A stretch of DNA of 64,000 nucleotides from a virus, in IMG/VR virus record IMGVR_UViG_3300036715_002359, positions 9,557-73,556 of that record, one strand, 5' to 3'. Position 1 is the first letter of the stretch. Every line of letters starts with the position of its first letter. Positions 17,455 to 27,774 of the stretch are shown in pieces. Position numbers and translations under genes: made by a program. The notes below the pieces were generated by a model, which saw only the letters and a list, made by a program, of their open reading frames with translations, did no database searches and was not told where the DNA came from.

Positions 17455-18921
17455 TTATTGATTCTTTATAATCTTAACCATAGCCGCTTTAGCCAGTTGG
17501 TATGTAAGTTTATAATCAGATGCTGACTTAACTAGAATTATTTTAACCGGTGAATTACCGTTAGTGTTTACAGATTCTTTCATTCTTGCTTCGATGGCAC
17601 GAGTGATGTACCATTTTGCTGCAACTGCTGCACTACCTATTGATAGTATAGTGTGGATTATTCTAATCAAACCTTCTTTACCTTCTGGTTGAAGGTTGAC
17701 TGCTTTGAATCTTTCATAATTAGTTGGTTCGATATGAGGGCCGTTACCAATGTATCCAACGTTACTATATTCAGATGCTCTTTTTTCTACAAATTCTGGG
17801 AGTAAAGAACATTCAGGAATAGATGATTTTAAAGTTGTTGCAATATCAAAACTAGGATCATGTGAGGTATACTCTTCTTCAGAGAAGGTCATGTTTTTAG
17901 CACCGGTTTCGTGTACCACTGAGGCAACGAGCGAACCAATTCCTTCTGCACTTGGTCCCATAGTTTTACGGGCTATAAGTTCTGATAAAAAAGTAATAGA
18001 AGGACTAATTCCTAAATCTGCCATAGTGGCAAAGATTTCAGGTAATTTGAAGTGTTGTAACATACCAATAACTTTTAAATCAGGATCTTTAACCTTATTT
18101 AACATAGGTTCAAGACTCTCTGAGTAATCAGCTATGTCTCCATCCACTTCTTTGATAAATTCTGATAATTTTTTAAACGCAGCTCGTTTTTCTCCATCAA
18201 CGATTTCGTCTGCTGATGCAGCATCGACTGATCCAATGATTCTACCGTTTTCACTTGCTACTTTTTGTAGCACTGAACTGGTAACATCAGCGGGACGAAT
18301 GACAATACTCATATCGAAGAACTTAAGAGGAGCAACATTTAATGCCATAACCTTACGTCCATCAGGATAAACTTTACCTAAATTTTCACTTAGATGCTCA
18401 CAATACTCTTGACGAGTATGAGCTTTGTTTCCACAGATCGAACATACGTCATATGGTGTGCGGCAGGCCATCGAAGTAGCTGGAAAGTCTCCAGTTTCTA
18501 TACGAGCAACAACGTCACTACCTTTGTCTTTATCAATCCATGCTATGATTTCCACACGATGCATACGTTCGTTATAAATAGCGAAGATAACCTGACCAAT
18601 AGCAATAGCTGGATTTTTGTTTATATGGTTACGGAATATATGAGCAGGACTAGTTTCAAAAGTTTTGTAACAATCAATTAGATTATGCTCTGGAAAATAA
18701 TCGGCGTTACGATTAGCTCCATACCATTCACCAGCACCCATAGCCAAGATGTGTACATATACCTTGTTTGGTTCTGGTTTAATTTGTGATGTGAAATCAC
18801 GAATGCGAATATCTGCAGACGCTTGTTTTAAAAGGCCTCTTGAGCTATTAAAATCCAAGATAGTAACTTGTGGTTCATCTTTGAAAATAGATGAATTATC
18901 TATAAGTTTAGTTAAGGCCAT
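17455..18921 (-). CDS. Putative prohead maturation protease with Zn-binding insert
   Basis: ANRNADYFP...HIFRNH...AIGQV...ATSMACRTPYDVCSICGN...YCEHL...FFDMSIVIRPAD resembles HK97/herpes-fold His-Ser phage prohead proteases. Confidence 0.7.
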   Translation of the reverse strand: MALTKLIDNSSIFKDEPQVTILDFNSSRGLLKQASADIRIRDFTSQIKPEPNKVYVHILAMGAGEWYGANRNADYFPEHNLIDCYKTFETSPAHIFRNHINKNPAIAIGQVIFAIYNERMHRVEIIAWIDKDKGSDVVARIETGDFPATSMACRTPYDVCSICGNKAHTRQEYCEHLSENLGKVYPDGRKVMALNVAPLKFFDMSIVIRPADVTSSVLQKVASENGRIIGSVDAASADEIVDGEKRAAFKKLSEFIKEVDGDIADYSESLEPMLNKVKDPDLKVIGMLQHFKLPEIFATMADLGISPSITFLSELIARKTMGPSAEGIGSLVASVVHETGAKNMTFSEEEYTSHDPSFDIATTLKSSIPECSLLPEFVEKRASEYSNVGYIGNGPHIEPTNYERFKAVNLQPEGKEGLIRIIHTILSIGSAAVAAKWYITRAIEARMKESVNTNGNSPVKIILVKSASDYKLTYQLAKAAMVKIIKNQ

Positions 18922-19349
18922 TATCTTGTAGGGTTATTAAACTTTGGTCTAGTAACAGCCACAGGAGAAGGGGCCAGAGTAGAAGTACTCAAAGTTTTAT
19001 TGATGTTGTTTAATGCAGTTAAGGACTTACGTTCTATATTAGATTTATCTTCAGTAATTTTAGTAGCAGCTCTAGAATTATGATAATTAGCTAAGCCAAG
19101 GCCCAAACTAACTGAAGAGATCCCCACTCCTAGCTTTCCTGTTCTATCAAGATTCTTGCTCATAGCAATTTTCTCTAGGTATCTATTCACGCTTGCCCCT
19201 TTACTCATTTCTTGATACGGTCCGTCATCGCTTTGATTATATTTAAACTGTGAGTTTAAATTACCAGTAACGTCTGCGTTCGAACGAATTTCTTCAGCGT
19301 AAGAACCTAACGCTAATTTAGTAGAAGTTTCTGGTAGTTCTGTTTTCAT
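18921..19349 (-). CDS. Putative internal head protein
   Basis: Internal VNRYLEKIA followed by hydrophobic GVGISSVSLGLGL. Confidence 0.65.
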   Translation of the reverse strand: MKTELPETSTKLALGSYAEEIRSNADVTGNLNSQFKYNQSDDGPYQEMSKGASVNRYLEKIAMSKNLDRTGKLGVGISSVSLGLGLANYHNSRAATKITEDKSNIERKSLTALNNINKTLSTSTLAPSPVAVTRPKFNNPTR

Positions 19350-19363
19350 CTGTCAATTATATA

Positions 19364-19894
19364 TTATGTATACGATTTTGGCGAGAACGTTGTGTTATCT
19401 TTGTAACGACCTTCTAACTCAGTAAGAGTTTTGATAGTCATTGGGTCAATACTTTCCCCCTGAATAGCATTAGCTAAAACTGAACTTAACAAATTAGGAT
19501 CAGTTGCAACGTTAGGAGCAAATTTGAACATTGTTTCGGCGTATTCACGAACTTTGTTTTTATTAGCTTCTTTAACAATACGGTTAGTGGCTATAACTTT
19601 TTCTAGTGAAATTAAGAATTTAGTGTGTAGATTATTGTTGTTAACAATTCCAGCCAAGCTCCCAACACTTTGAATACCTGCAGCCATAAGAATACCACCA
19701 ACTCCCTCACCCAGAGCTTTACCAAAACCTACTTGTAAAGAAGTCCCTATAGTGCGAGTACCTCCACCTGTAGGAGTAGAATTTCTAGCTCTTGTAGTCA
19801 TAGCGGCCTTAACAAAGCCTACTACAAAATCTGCTTGAGCTTGGGCATCATCAACATATTTCTCTGCTGCGACTGCGTGTAATTTTTCTAACAT
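19364..19894 (-). CDS. Putative internal head protein
   Basis: Likely start MLEKLH at 19894 (AAGG upstream). FVKAAM, glycine-rich hydrophobic segment, FAPNVATDP. Confidence 0.65.
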   Translation of the reverse strand: MLEKLHAVAAEKYVDDAQAQADFVVGFVKAAMTTRARNSTPTGGGTRTIGTSLQVGFGKALGEGVGGILMAAGIQSVGSLAGIVNNNNLHTKFLISLEKVIATNRIVKEANKNKVREYAETMFKFAPNVATDPNLLSSVLANAIQGESIDPMTIKTLTELEGRYKDNTTFSPKSYT

Positions 19895-19905
19895 TATTTT
19901 ACCTT

Positions 19906-20979
19906 TTAGTTTTGACGTTGTAGAGTGTCCCAAGCATCTCTGCTTCCACCCGTGTCTTTATTTTTTCCTGGAGAATAAACGGCAGCATCAGTAGCAGCCA
20001 AAAGTCCAGTTCCTAGAACAGCACCTACACCAACTTTTTTAGCAGTTGGGGATAAAGGAATTTTACCTAATCCTTCTCGAATTTTGTTAGTAGTAGGCAA
20101 GACTTTGTTAACCATATTGCTACTGGTATTTTTAATGGCTTGGCCCATTGTTTTAGCTACAGCACTCACAGGAGTACTTATAGTTTTACCTATGCCAGTG
20201 CCAAACATTTGAACACCTTTACCAATGATACTAGCAATACCTGCTTGCTTAACTAAATTGGCTCGGGTTTGTAATTCTTCTTTTTCTTTGATACCTGCTG
20301 AAACTTCTTGAGCTTCTTTAACCAGTGCTTGAACTTTCTTTACAGATTGTAATTCAGCTTCTTTAAAGATACCAGTATTAGATTGATTAATAACTTCGCC
20401 ATAAACCAATTTGGTCAGTAAAGCTAAATCACGACCCTCAAATGCAGCAGCTAATTTTTCTAATCCTTGAGGATCAGCTTTAATAACACCAGCAGCTTTA
20501 AATAGTTCAGGAACAATAGTAATACTACGATCTTTTAGCTGCTCTAACTGCAGGGCATTTTCAGAAGCCATTTTCAAAAAGTAAACTTGTTGTTCAGCAG
20601 CGACTAAATCTTTTGCCATCTTACAAGCTTCTTCTTGGGAATTAAGAGGCAATCTACCATCTTCTTGTAGAGGTGCAGCGATTCTAGCAGCTGTGGCAAT
20701 TTTACTCATACTGAAATCTTCAGGAAGTGCTACTGCTCTCATGACCTCAGCATATTTACACAATGGAAATTCCACTGTACGATCAGCTGACATTTCTAAT
20801 ACTTTTAAATATGCAATAGAGTTAGTTGCCTCTACTGCACGATGAATTTGTTCTGAGTTCATTTCGTAAGCAGCAGCTTGTTTAGCAAGACCTTGGCTTA
20901 ATGGAATTTTGTCATTTAGAAATGACTCAACGCTTTTAACGGAGATATCTCTAATTTGATCGCTTGAAATTAATGGCAT
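19906..20979 (-). CDS. Putative head/core protein with many K-x-A motifs
   Basis: LAKQAA, MSKIAT, FLKMAS, LEKLAA, LVKQAG; C-terminal GVGAVLGTGLLAA. Confidence 0.65.
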   Translation of the reverse strand: MPLISSDQIRDISVKSVESFLNDKIPLSQGLAKQAAAYEMNSEQIHRAVEATNSIAYLKVLEMSADRTVEFPLCKYAEVMRAVALPEDFSMSKIATAARIAAPLQEDGRLPLNSQEEACKMAKDLVAAEQQVYFLKMASENALQLEQLKDRSITIVPELFKAAGVIKADPQGLEKLAAAFEGRDLALLTKLVYGEVINQSNTGIFKEAELQSVKKVQALVKEAQEVSAGIKEKEELQTRANLVKQAGIASIIGKGVQMFGTGIGKTISTPVSAVAKTMGQAIKNTSSNMVNKVLPTTNKIREGLGKIPLSPTAKKVGVGAVLGTGLLAATDAAVYSPGKNKDTGGSRDAWDTLQRQN

Positions 20980-20987
20980 GTCTAATC

Positions 20988-21191
20988 CTATTTATAATTC
21001 TTATGATTTATTTTAGCCGTGAATTTACGCAGTTTAGGCTTCTTGATCCGTTTAGGACGATGAACCGATCTTTCACTTCTTGGAGATTCCGGTGGACGTA
21101 ACAACATACAAACTTTAGTTAAATATCTGTTTTCCGTTGGTTCATCCAATTCTTCTCTTAGTTCCGAAATTTTCTCTAATAATTTACTCAT
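20988..21191 (-). CDS. Small basic protein with degenerate tag (MSKLLEKIS; NRYLTKV)
   Basis: 67-aa ORF within the head operon. Confidence 0.55.
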   Translation of the reverse strand: MSKLLEKISELREELDEPTENRYLTKVCMLLRPPESPRSERSVHRPKRIKKPKLRKFTAKINHKNYK

Positions 21192-21196
21192 AATAT

Positions 21197-21547
21197 TCAG
21201 GTAGGTATTATATGGTCATTATGTACTTCTTCATTTAATTCTAAAGATAATTTATAACAAAATTCATAACTTTGTTTTATCTTTATTAAATCTGCCCATA
21301 ATGGTGTTCTTTGTTTTATGTAATCAGTTCTTAATTTATATTTATGATGATAATAGGGTTTATTATTAAGGTAATGATTTCTAAATAATATTTTTGCTTT
21401 TTCAGTATTTTCTTTATGTTTATTTTTAGATCTAAGATTTACACATTGTATACCTGATATACCACTAAGGTATCTTTCACAAATATGACCATTGGGGCAA
21501 GGTGTTCCTGTGAAATATTTTTTATTCCTTTGGTTTTAGCTTCTTCT
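21197..21547 (-). pseudogene. Degraded HNH homing endonuclease remnant
   Basis: Hand translation: ...KKYFTGTPCPNGHICERY...QRTPLWAD...EVHNDHIIPT*. No start codon, 5' frameshift, truncated at the first HNH strand. Confidence 0.75.
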
Positions 21548-22186
21548 TTAGTTATTAACATCTAGACTATCTAACCCCTCAAAATCAGGAACTACTTCAC
21601 TAAGAGCGATTTCTAAATCCTTACGAGCAGCTGCATTATCTAGAACCCAAAGTTTAAGAAGACGAGCGATGTCAAGTGATAACTTAACCCATTTAGTGCT
21701 TTCTTTACTAGCTTCTGAAACATTGCCATTAAACATAGCTTCTTTGGCTTTATAATGACAAGTAGTAAATAGGTTTTGTAATCCGTCAATAGGAGAAATG
21801 TTTACTTCTTTTCCTAAACGCCAGGCAATAAAATCTAAGCCTTGAGACAAAGCCCATAGCTTTAGTAAACCTTCATTTTTATCGTGACAGTTTAACAACT
21901 CCATTTTAGAAAGCTTATCTAATCCAGTTACTTCGTAGAATACATCTCTGTACATCGTTAGGACATCCAGAGGTATTTCTATAAGATCAGATATTTTCTG
22001 TAGGTCACCAGAAGTCAAAAGGGAACTTTCAACGTAACCCTTTTTCAGTGGACTTTCATTTATCTTCTTCGCTGCTGCATAGAGGATAGCCTCGGCACAG
22101 GTCTCATCTTTTAGAATTTTATCTACTAGTGGATCCTGGCCAAGGGTCTTTTTACGTAAAAGAATTCCTCTAGCATTTACAGGCAT
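21548..22186 (-). CDS. Hypothetical protein (morphogenesis operon)
   Basis: 212-aa ORF, 9 nt after the previous stop. Confidence 0.7.
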   Translation of the reverse strand: MPVNARGILLRKKTLGQDPLVDKILKDETCAEAILYAAAKKINESPLKKGYVESSLLTSGDLQKISDLIEIPLDVLTMYRDVFYEVTGLDKLSKMELLNCHDKNEGLLKLWALSQGLDFIAWRLGKEVNISPIDGLQNLFTTCHYKAKEAMFNGNVSEASKESTKWVKLSLDIARLLKLWVLDNAAARKDLEIALSEVVPDFEGLDSLDVNN

Positions 22187-22195
22187 TTCGTTCTA

Positions 22196-24064
22196 TTATT
22201 TCTTTTCTGGTTTAATAGCTAACATTTCTTGTAATTTTAAGAAGTTGTCACCTAGCATACGATACACTGCTTTCAACGAAGCCAAGAATGCGAACACTCC
22301 GTCTGCATCATTATTTTCAGCAAGTTCACTTATATTAACACGAGCTAAGAAAAGAGTACGACCTAGTTTATCCATACATTCTTCGATATCTGGTAGGTAT
22401 TCTTCTATCAACTCGTACATGTCTGGTGTTTGTAACAATTCAGAAATGATAGTGACTTCAGCCGTTTGTGCATCACCAAGTTTTAAAGCATTGGTAACGT
22501 TAGGCATGAAAGAACCATTTAATCCAACCTTAGGAGCAGGATTCATTTCTTGGCCATACTTAGGAATTTCTGCTGGTTTAAAGCTAGTATCTCCTGCACG
22601 TTTAGTTAGGTAAATTTTTGTGTATCCACGTTCAGCTGCTTGTTTAATAAACGTTTTAGCCAGACTAGGATCAATACCTTCTTCTGCTGCGAGTTTGTTC
22701 ATCATAGCATGTTCACCACCAATTGGTAATCCATTAACAGAATATTCGATACCATCAAATCCGATATCAAGTTGTTCACCAAGTATACCGGCTTCAGTAA
22801 TTTCACGAGTTTTAGCAGCTGAGTTTACTGAACGTTCCAGCAGACCTGTTATAGAATCTTTAAGTTTTAACACTAAAGATGAGTACGGCATGTAAATTGT
22901 TTTACCCTGAGCTTGAGGACGTAATCCATAATTACGATATGCTAATAGTGTGTAAGAACCATAAGGAATACCTCCACGAGCTGAGGCTTGGATTTCAATG
23001 CCTAAATTAGTGATAGTAACTCTATGTGCATTGAAAACGCCCAATAGTTCAGCGTCACCACTAATAACAGCAAAAGTGTCACCAACGCTTACATCTGCTG
23101 GAAGTACTGGAGGTAGATTACCAAAGATACTTTCTAGCACTTCTGTGCGATCGAGTTTGGCACCTACAGTTACAAATGAATCAGAAATAGCGTAATCACC
23201 ATTAGCGAATAGAGCAACACTATCACGCTTAGCAGCACCATTAACCCCAACATCCATAGCTTTTGGAATAAATGCTTCACGGCTAGAACCATTTGAAAAC
23301 ATAACTTCATGATCACTATTACCGTCAATTTCAGTTACAGAAGTAAATTTATTGTCATCATACGATTGTGACGATATGGCAATACGACGAGTAGGCTGAG
23401 TTCCAGAAACGTGGAAACCATCGTTTAGAATAGACGAAATTTGTTCTGCTGATAGATTAGTAGCGGCACCAGTAACAATAGAGATCGGTGAGGCGTTAGT
23501 AACTGCAGCTAAAGATTGTACTTTAGGAGTTAGGGCTGCAAAAATATCTTGAAGTGAAAATAGTTTGTGTAATTTTTCATACACTGATTTTTCTTCAGCA
23601 ATTTTTTCAAGAGTAAATGTTTTCAGATAATTAGGCATTGATTCCAAAAAATCACCTAAACGAGAAGCCGAAGCGTACACGAATTTACCTGTACGTGGCG
23701 GATTAATCATCTTAGTTACATCAGGGTTTTGATTAACTATTGCTGGAATTTTACTTGGCTTACCTTGAGTTAACTTACTAGACGTGATAATCATGTCTGT
23801 AGTTTTTTTAGTAATAGGGAAGAATTTGCCCTTTGAAGCAAAGAAAATAGAATCTACTGGATAGACATTATCCATTTTAGAAATCACAGGAACATAAAAA
23901 ATTTCGTTGCCGACACGTAGCACGAAAACTCCGACTTTAATATCAGATTCATTTTTCAAATCTTCTGTAACATCTTTGAAAGTTACGATAGAGCTACCTA
24001 GTTCAGGCACGGTCTGAAGTAGTTTTGCCAGTGCTACTGAATAGAAATCGAATTCTTGTTCCAC
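22196..24064 (-). CDS. Large putative head/virion protein
   Basis: 622 aa, GTG start with AAGGA RBS; LEKIAE, FIKQAA, LTKRAG motifs; TAAAATA at 24091 and 24119. Confidence 0.65.
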   Translation of the reverse strand: MEQEFDFYSVALAKLLQTVPELGSSIVTFKDVTEDLKNESDIKVGVFVLRVGNEIFYVPVISKMDNVYPVDSIFFASKGKFFPITKKTTDMIITSSKLTQGKPSKIPAIVNQNPDVTKMINPPRTGKFVYASASRLGDFLESMPNYLKTFTLEKIAEEKSVYEKLHKLFSLQDIFAALTPKVQSLAAVTNASPISIVTGAATNLSAEQISSILNDGFHVSGTQPTRRIAISSQSYDDNKFTSVTEIDGNSDHEVMFSNGSSREAFIPKAMDVGVNGAAKRDSVALFANGDYAISDSFVTVGAKLDRTEVLESIFGNLPPVLPADVSVGDTFAVISGDAELLGVFNAHRVTITNLGIEIQASARGGIPYGSYTLLAYRNYGLRPQAQGKTIYMPYSSLVLKLKDSITGLLERSVNSAAKTREITEAGILGEQLDIGFDGIEYSVNGLPIGGEHAMMNKLAAEEGIDPSLAKTFIKQAAERGYTKIYLTKRAGDTSFKPAEIPKYGQEMNPAPKVGLNGSFMPNVTNALKLGDAQTAEVTIISELLQTPDMYELIEEYLPDIEECMDKLGRTLFLARVNISELAENNDADGVFAFLASLKAVYRMLGDNFLKLQEMLAIKPEKK

Positions 24065-24144
24065 GTAAATTAATCCTTAAAGTATAGAAGTATTTTAATC
24101 TCCGTATCGAAGATTACTTATTTTACTATATAAACTGAAAACTA

Positions 24145-24945
24145 TCAACAACCAGCTATTGATAAGTTATTTCCGCTTGCTATAGTTTGTGCCGGTCCTG
24201 TTGGAGAAGCGTTATTAGCTACAGCCTGTCCACTGCTTTCTGTTACTGGTAATCCTGTGGGTCCTTGCCCGTTATTAGCTATTTTATACGCCTCTCCTCT
24301 AATTATAGAATTAGCGTAAGCCTCTGGAGTAGTACCAGGTTTATCAGATGCTCCTAATCCTAAGTAGGCAGCAACAGCAGCGGTTAATTTATTAGAGTAT
24401 GTTCCAGTTTTTACTAAACCAGGAGCAAGTTCTTTATATTTGCCTTCTAACACCACTAAAGCACATTTAATTTGTTTCTCGTACGTGTCATCCCCTAGTA
24501 GAATTGTTTCTACAGACTCTCCTGGATTCACTAAACAATCAGAAGTTATATCAGGACGTAATCGTTCCATCTCAGATTTACCACTAGGCCCAGCACCTTT
24601 TATAACATACCAACCAGTAACTTGGCCAAGCCCAAAAGCAGCGTTAGCATTAACTATATTGGTTTTTTCTAAAGCCGTTCCAGAATTATATTTGCTAGAT
24701 ATGGCAGAAAGTTTTAATAGTTTTTTTAAAGCGTCATCTGAGTAGCTAATTCCTCGCTTAGAAACAAAAGAACTTTCCCTGTAAATCATAGCCATCACAA
24801 CATTAACTATATCTGGAGCTTGGCCTAAAGTATTAGCAAAGTTTGCTTTTAGTTGGTCAACCACTAGTTGTCTAATTATCTGCCTATTAGCAGGAGATGA
24901 CACAACTTGTTTAGCCATACCATTAGAGGTATTAGTACTTACCAT
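24145..24945 (-). CDS. Lysozyme-fold (lytic transglycosylase-like) protein, possibly virion-associated
   Basis: AMIYRESSF (catalytic Glu), AFGLGQV, AVAAYLG motifs. Confidence 0.65.
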   Translation of the reverse strand: MVSTNTSNGMAKQVVSSPANRQIIRQLVVDQLKANFANTLGQAPDIVNVVMAMIYRESSFVSKRGISYSDDALKKLLKLSAISSKYNSGTALEKTNIVNANAAFGLGQVTGWYVIKGAGPSGKSEMERLRPDITSDCLVNPGESVETILLGDDTYEKQIKCALVVLEGKYKELAPGLVKTGTYSNKLTAAVAAYLGLGASDKPGTTPEAYANSIIRGEAYKIANNGQGPTGLPVTESSGQAVANNASPTGPAQTIASGNNLSIAGC

Positions 24946-26758
24946 CTGTAGGATCTCCGAATTCTGTACCCATCATATAAGAAGCAATAGGATCAGTTGA
25001 ATGAATTGCACTCTCTTCGTTATAAGCGGCGGCATTTTCAATCGTGTCTTTAAGTTTATTAAATGACAGTTTAGATACCCAATTTTTATCTAGTAACTTA
25101 GCAGTTTGTAAACCAGGAACAATAGGAGTTACTCTAAGTTTAGATGAGGATACATCTACTTTAGTAATACCTTTTTCTTTTAATTCCTGAACGTGGTTAT
25201 AGTCTAATAGAGTACCTGGAGTTAAATCCAATACTCCTTTAGCTAAAACTTTGCCTTCAGCATCGTCAATATCGACTACCTTTTGATGCCCAATAAGATA
25301 TTTAGCAATAACATCCACATTAAGTTTATCGCCTGGTAGAAATCCAGTTTCACCCGGATCTATCACTTGTACGTATTTGATAAGGTTACGTGCAATCAAT
25401 TCAAAGTGACGAGGGTCTAATCCTCCACCATAAATGTGACGCAGTTCGTCAGCCATGTATTTACGGCCAGCACCCATACCACGTAGATGTACTAGTTTAC
25501 GAGGATTTATAACTCCAGTAGATATGCGATCACCTTGTTTAACATGGTCACCAGCTTTAACTACCAATTCTTGATTAATGGGAACGAAGTGTTTTTGTCC
25601 TTCGATGTATACGTTATGATCACCTAGAGGGGTTTTAACAATTGACTCAACAAGGCCATTAACATTAGAAATAGTAGCTTCATCTTTAAAATTCTCAGAT
25701 GGATTCATAAGAATATTAGAAGCTTGTTCGTAAGCATTACCCTTACGTTCACCAACTGTGGCTCTGTGTTTGGTTGATAACATAGCCTGTGTCAAAACTT
25801 CAGTTACATATTGAGCGGCTATGACCCCAACGTTTTCACCAATATTAGGCATTTTACCATTAGCCATTAGTCCGAAACATTTTTTACAAACTCCGTCTGG
25901 AGCTTCACAAGTCATAGAACTACGGACTTTAACTTCTTTCTTTCCAGAGTTTGCAAGTTCAGCTTGATAGTCTTGTGTAATTTCTCTATTAGTTCCAGCC
26001 TCAAATCTTCCTGTAACAGATTTTTTATCTGAAACATCTTTCATGATACCGTTCTTAGTTCCACAATCATCTATTGTAATGGTTTCGTGAAATACGGTTG
26101 GAGATAACTTCTTGAACAAGGCACCAGGAAGGGCTGTGGAGAGCTGTGCTAACACTGTTGAGGCCCTACCCATGTAACTCATGGCAAGATGCTCAGCGGG
26201 GCTCATACCCTCTGCAAATGAATGTTTGATAACAATAGGGAGTAACTCACCTTTAATGTTTGAAGACATCAATGGAGTTGAAGTACCAACGGCTAATTGT
26301 TTAGGATTACCACGAGCACCAGTGTTAGCCATCATAGCTGCAACTGATCCTTTACCTAATAAATAGTCCAGATTTTGTTTTTCAATCATACCATTATACT
26401 TACCGGTAAGATTTGTCAAAGCATTATTAAGTTCAACTTTATTTTTTGTTTTTTCTTTTAAGTCTTTAACTTTATAGTCGAATTCTTTAATGATAGCTTG
26501 ACGTTCATCAGAGTCATTCATGTAATCCGAAAGAGGGGTACTCGCTCCAATTTCGGTAGCTTTATTAAAGAATTGCTGGCCAAGATTATTAATATGTTCG
26601 TGAGCTTCGTCTCCCCCATGCTCTAACAACATATTGACGAGGTTGGACATTCCACCTTTATCTAAACGACGATGGATATCAAATCGGTTTTTCGATTCTT
26701 CGGTAGGCATTCCATGCTTTAAAAGCAATGCACCGGCAGTAGTTAGTTTTTCGCTCAT
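24932..26758 (-). CDS. rpoC: RNA polymerase beta' subunit, C-terminal part
   Basis: MANTGARG, IKHSFAEGM, bridge helix GRASTVLAQLSTALPGALFKKL, DDCGT, VRSSMTC...GVCKKCFG, trigger loop GENVGVIAAQ...TQAMLSTKH, DPRHFELIAR. Confidence 0.92.
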   Translation of the reverse strand: MSEKLTTAGALLLKHGMPTEESKNRFDIHRRLDKGGMSNLVNMLLEHGGDEAHEHINNLGQQFFNKATEIGASTPLSDYMNDSDERQAIIKEFDYKVKDLKEKTKNKVELNNALTNLTGKYNGMIEKQNLDYLLGKGSVAAMMANTGARGNPKQLAVGTSTPLMSSNIKGELLPIVIKHSFAEGMSPAEHLAMSYMGRASTVLAQLSTALPGALFKKLSPTVFHETITIDDCGTKNGIMKDVSDKKSVTGRFEAGTNREITQDYQAELANSGKKEVKVRSSMTCEAPDGVCKKCFGLMANGKMPNIGENVGVIAAQYVTEVLTQAMLSTKHRATVGERKGNAYEQASNILMNPSENFKDEATISNVNGLVESIVKTPLGDHNVYIEGQKHFVPINQELVVKAGDHVKQGDRISTGVINPRKLVHLRGMGAGRKYMADELRHIYGGGLDPRHFELIARNLIKYVQVIDPGETGFLPGDKLNVDVIAKYLIGHQKVVDIDDAEGKVLAKGVLDLTPGTLLDYNHVQELKEKGITKVDVSSSKLRVTPIVPGLQTAKLLDKNWVSKLSFNKLKDTIENAAAYNEESAIHSTDPIASYMMGTEFGDPTDGKY

Positions 26759-26762
26759 GTTA

Positions 26763-27214
26763 CTATTTTAGAAGTTGTTGTTTGGAATTTCTTGGCTTAC
26801 CCATTTTTGGTATAGATACTTTTCTTTTATGTTCCTCTGAATGTTTTCTACCTTTATTACCATTTTCTTTTTTAGGTCCTATAATTTTTTCTTTTTTGAG
26901 GTATACTCTTCCAGATTTTAGTAAAGATTCAGAAATTTTTAGCTTTTGTTCCTCTGACTATTATTATATGCTTTATTTCCTCCGGACATAACTGTAGCAG
27001 CAAAAATTATTCCTAAATGACTAGGATATAATTTTATTAATAATTGATGTGCCACGTAATGTTCTTCAGTAGTTAATGAAACTAAATTTTCTAAATCATT
27101 AGACCCTCTTAGGCATTTAGGAATGGTATGATATTTTTCAGTGTCAACTTCTTTTGACAAATTTCTATTTTTTGCTTTAACTATTAATCTGTCGTATATA
27201 ATTTTATAATTCAT
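26763..27214 (-). pseudogene. Frameshifted HNH/NUMOD3 homing endonuclease
   Basis: MNYKIIYDRLI...EKYHTIPKCLRGSNDLENLVSLTTEEHYVAH stops at 26939. A second frame continues SEEQKLKISES...GRKHSEEHKRKVS (NUMOD3-like) to TAG at 26763. Confidence 0.75.
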
Positions 27215-27243
27215 ATTTCAATTTTACACTATCGTAGACGTTT

Positions 27244-27253
27244 ATGGTATAAG
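27244..27253 (+). promoter_or_regulatory. Putative early promoter (ATGGTATAAG variant)
   Basis: One mismatch to consensus; TAAAGTG extension as at 59340. Confidence 0.7.
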
Positions 27254-27306
27254 TAAAGTGGGAGAAAACGTTGTATCCCGATTTTACAATCCACAGGAGA
27301 AGTAAC

Positions 27307-27462
27307 ATGACGGTAGATGAATTTAACAATCAGCCCAGGCCAACTTTTGATCAACGAGTAAAATTTCCTATAAAACAGGAGATGATTCGTTCATCCAATG
27401 TTAAGCCTCGTCCATTTGTCCCGCAACTTATGACATTACTCGGTAATGCTCGAAGGGGATAA
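27307..27462 (+). CDS. Small hypothetical protein
   Basis: AGGAG RBS before ATG at 27307, within ORF 27271..27462. Confidence 0.55.
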   Translation: MTVDEFNNQPRPTFDQRVKFPIKQEMIRSSNVKPRPFVPQLMTLLGNARRG

Positions 27463-27464
27463 AA

Positions 27465-27746
27465 ATGAGCCACTCCAATCAATCAGCATCAGAATTAAAG
27501 ACTTTTGCTTTCAGATGTGAGTGGATTGACAAATCCAATAATCCTGACGGATTTACCTATGCAATAACAGGTAAGGATTTGGAGGAAGAAATAATTCGTC
27601 GTCAGAACCGATGCGGCGGTAAAGCTATTAAAAGAAAAGTAGTTCTGGTGCGATATCCATTCTGGGAAATGATAAAGTCCAGGAAAGTACCGGTATATTC
27701 CACAGTCGAGGGTAAACACCCCGACGATGTAGAAAAGTTCATTTAA
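27465..27746 (+). CDS. Hypothetical protein
   Basis: 93 aa, GGGG RBS. Confidence 0.65.
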   Translation: MSHSNQSASELKTFAFRCEWIDKSNNPDGFTYAITGKDLEEEIIRRQNRCGGKAIKRKVVLVRYPFWEMIKSRKVPVYSTVEGKHPDDVEKFI

Positions 27747-27774
27747 TAACCTGTAATATAACTTGGAGTAAAGT

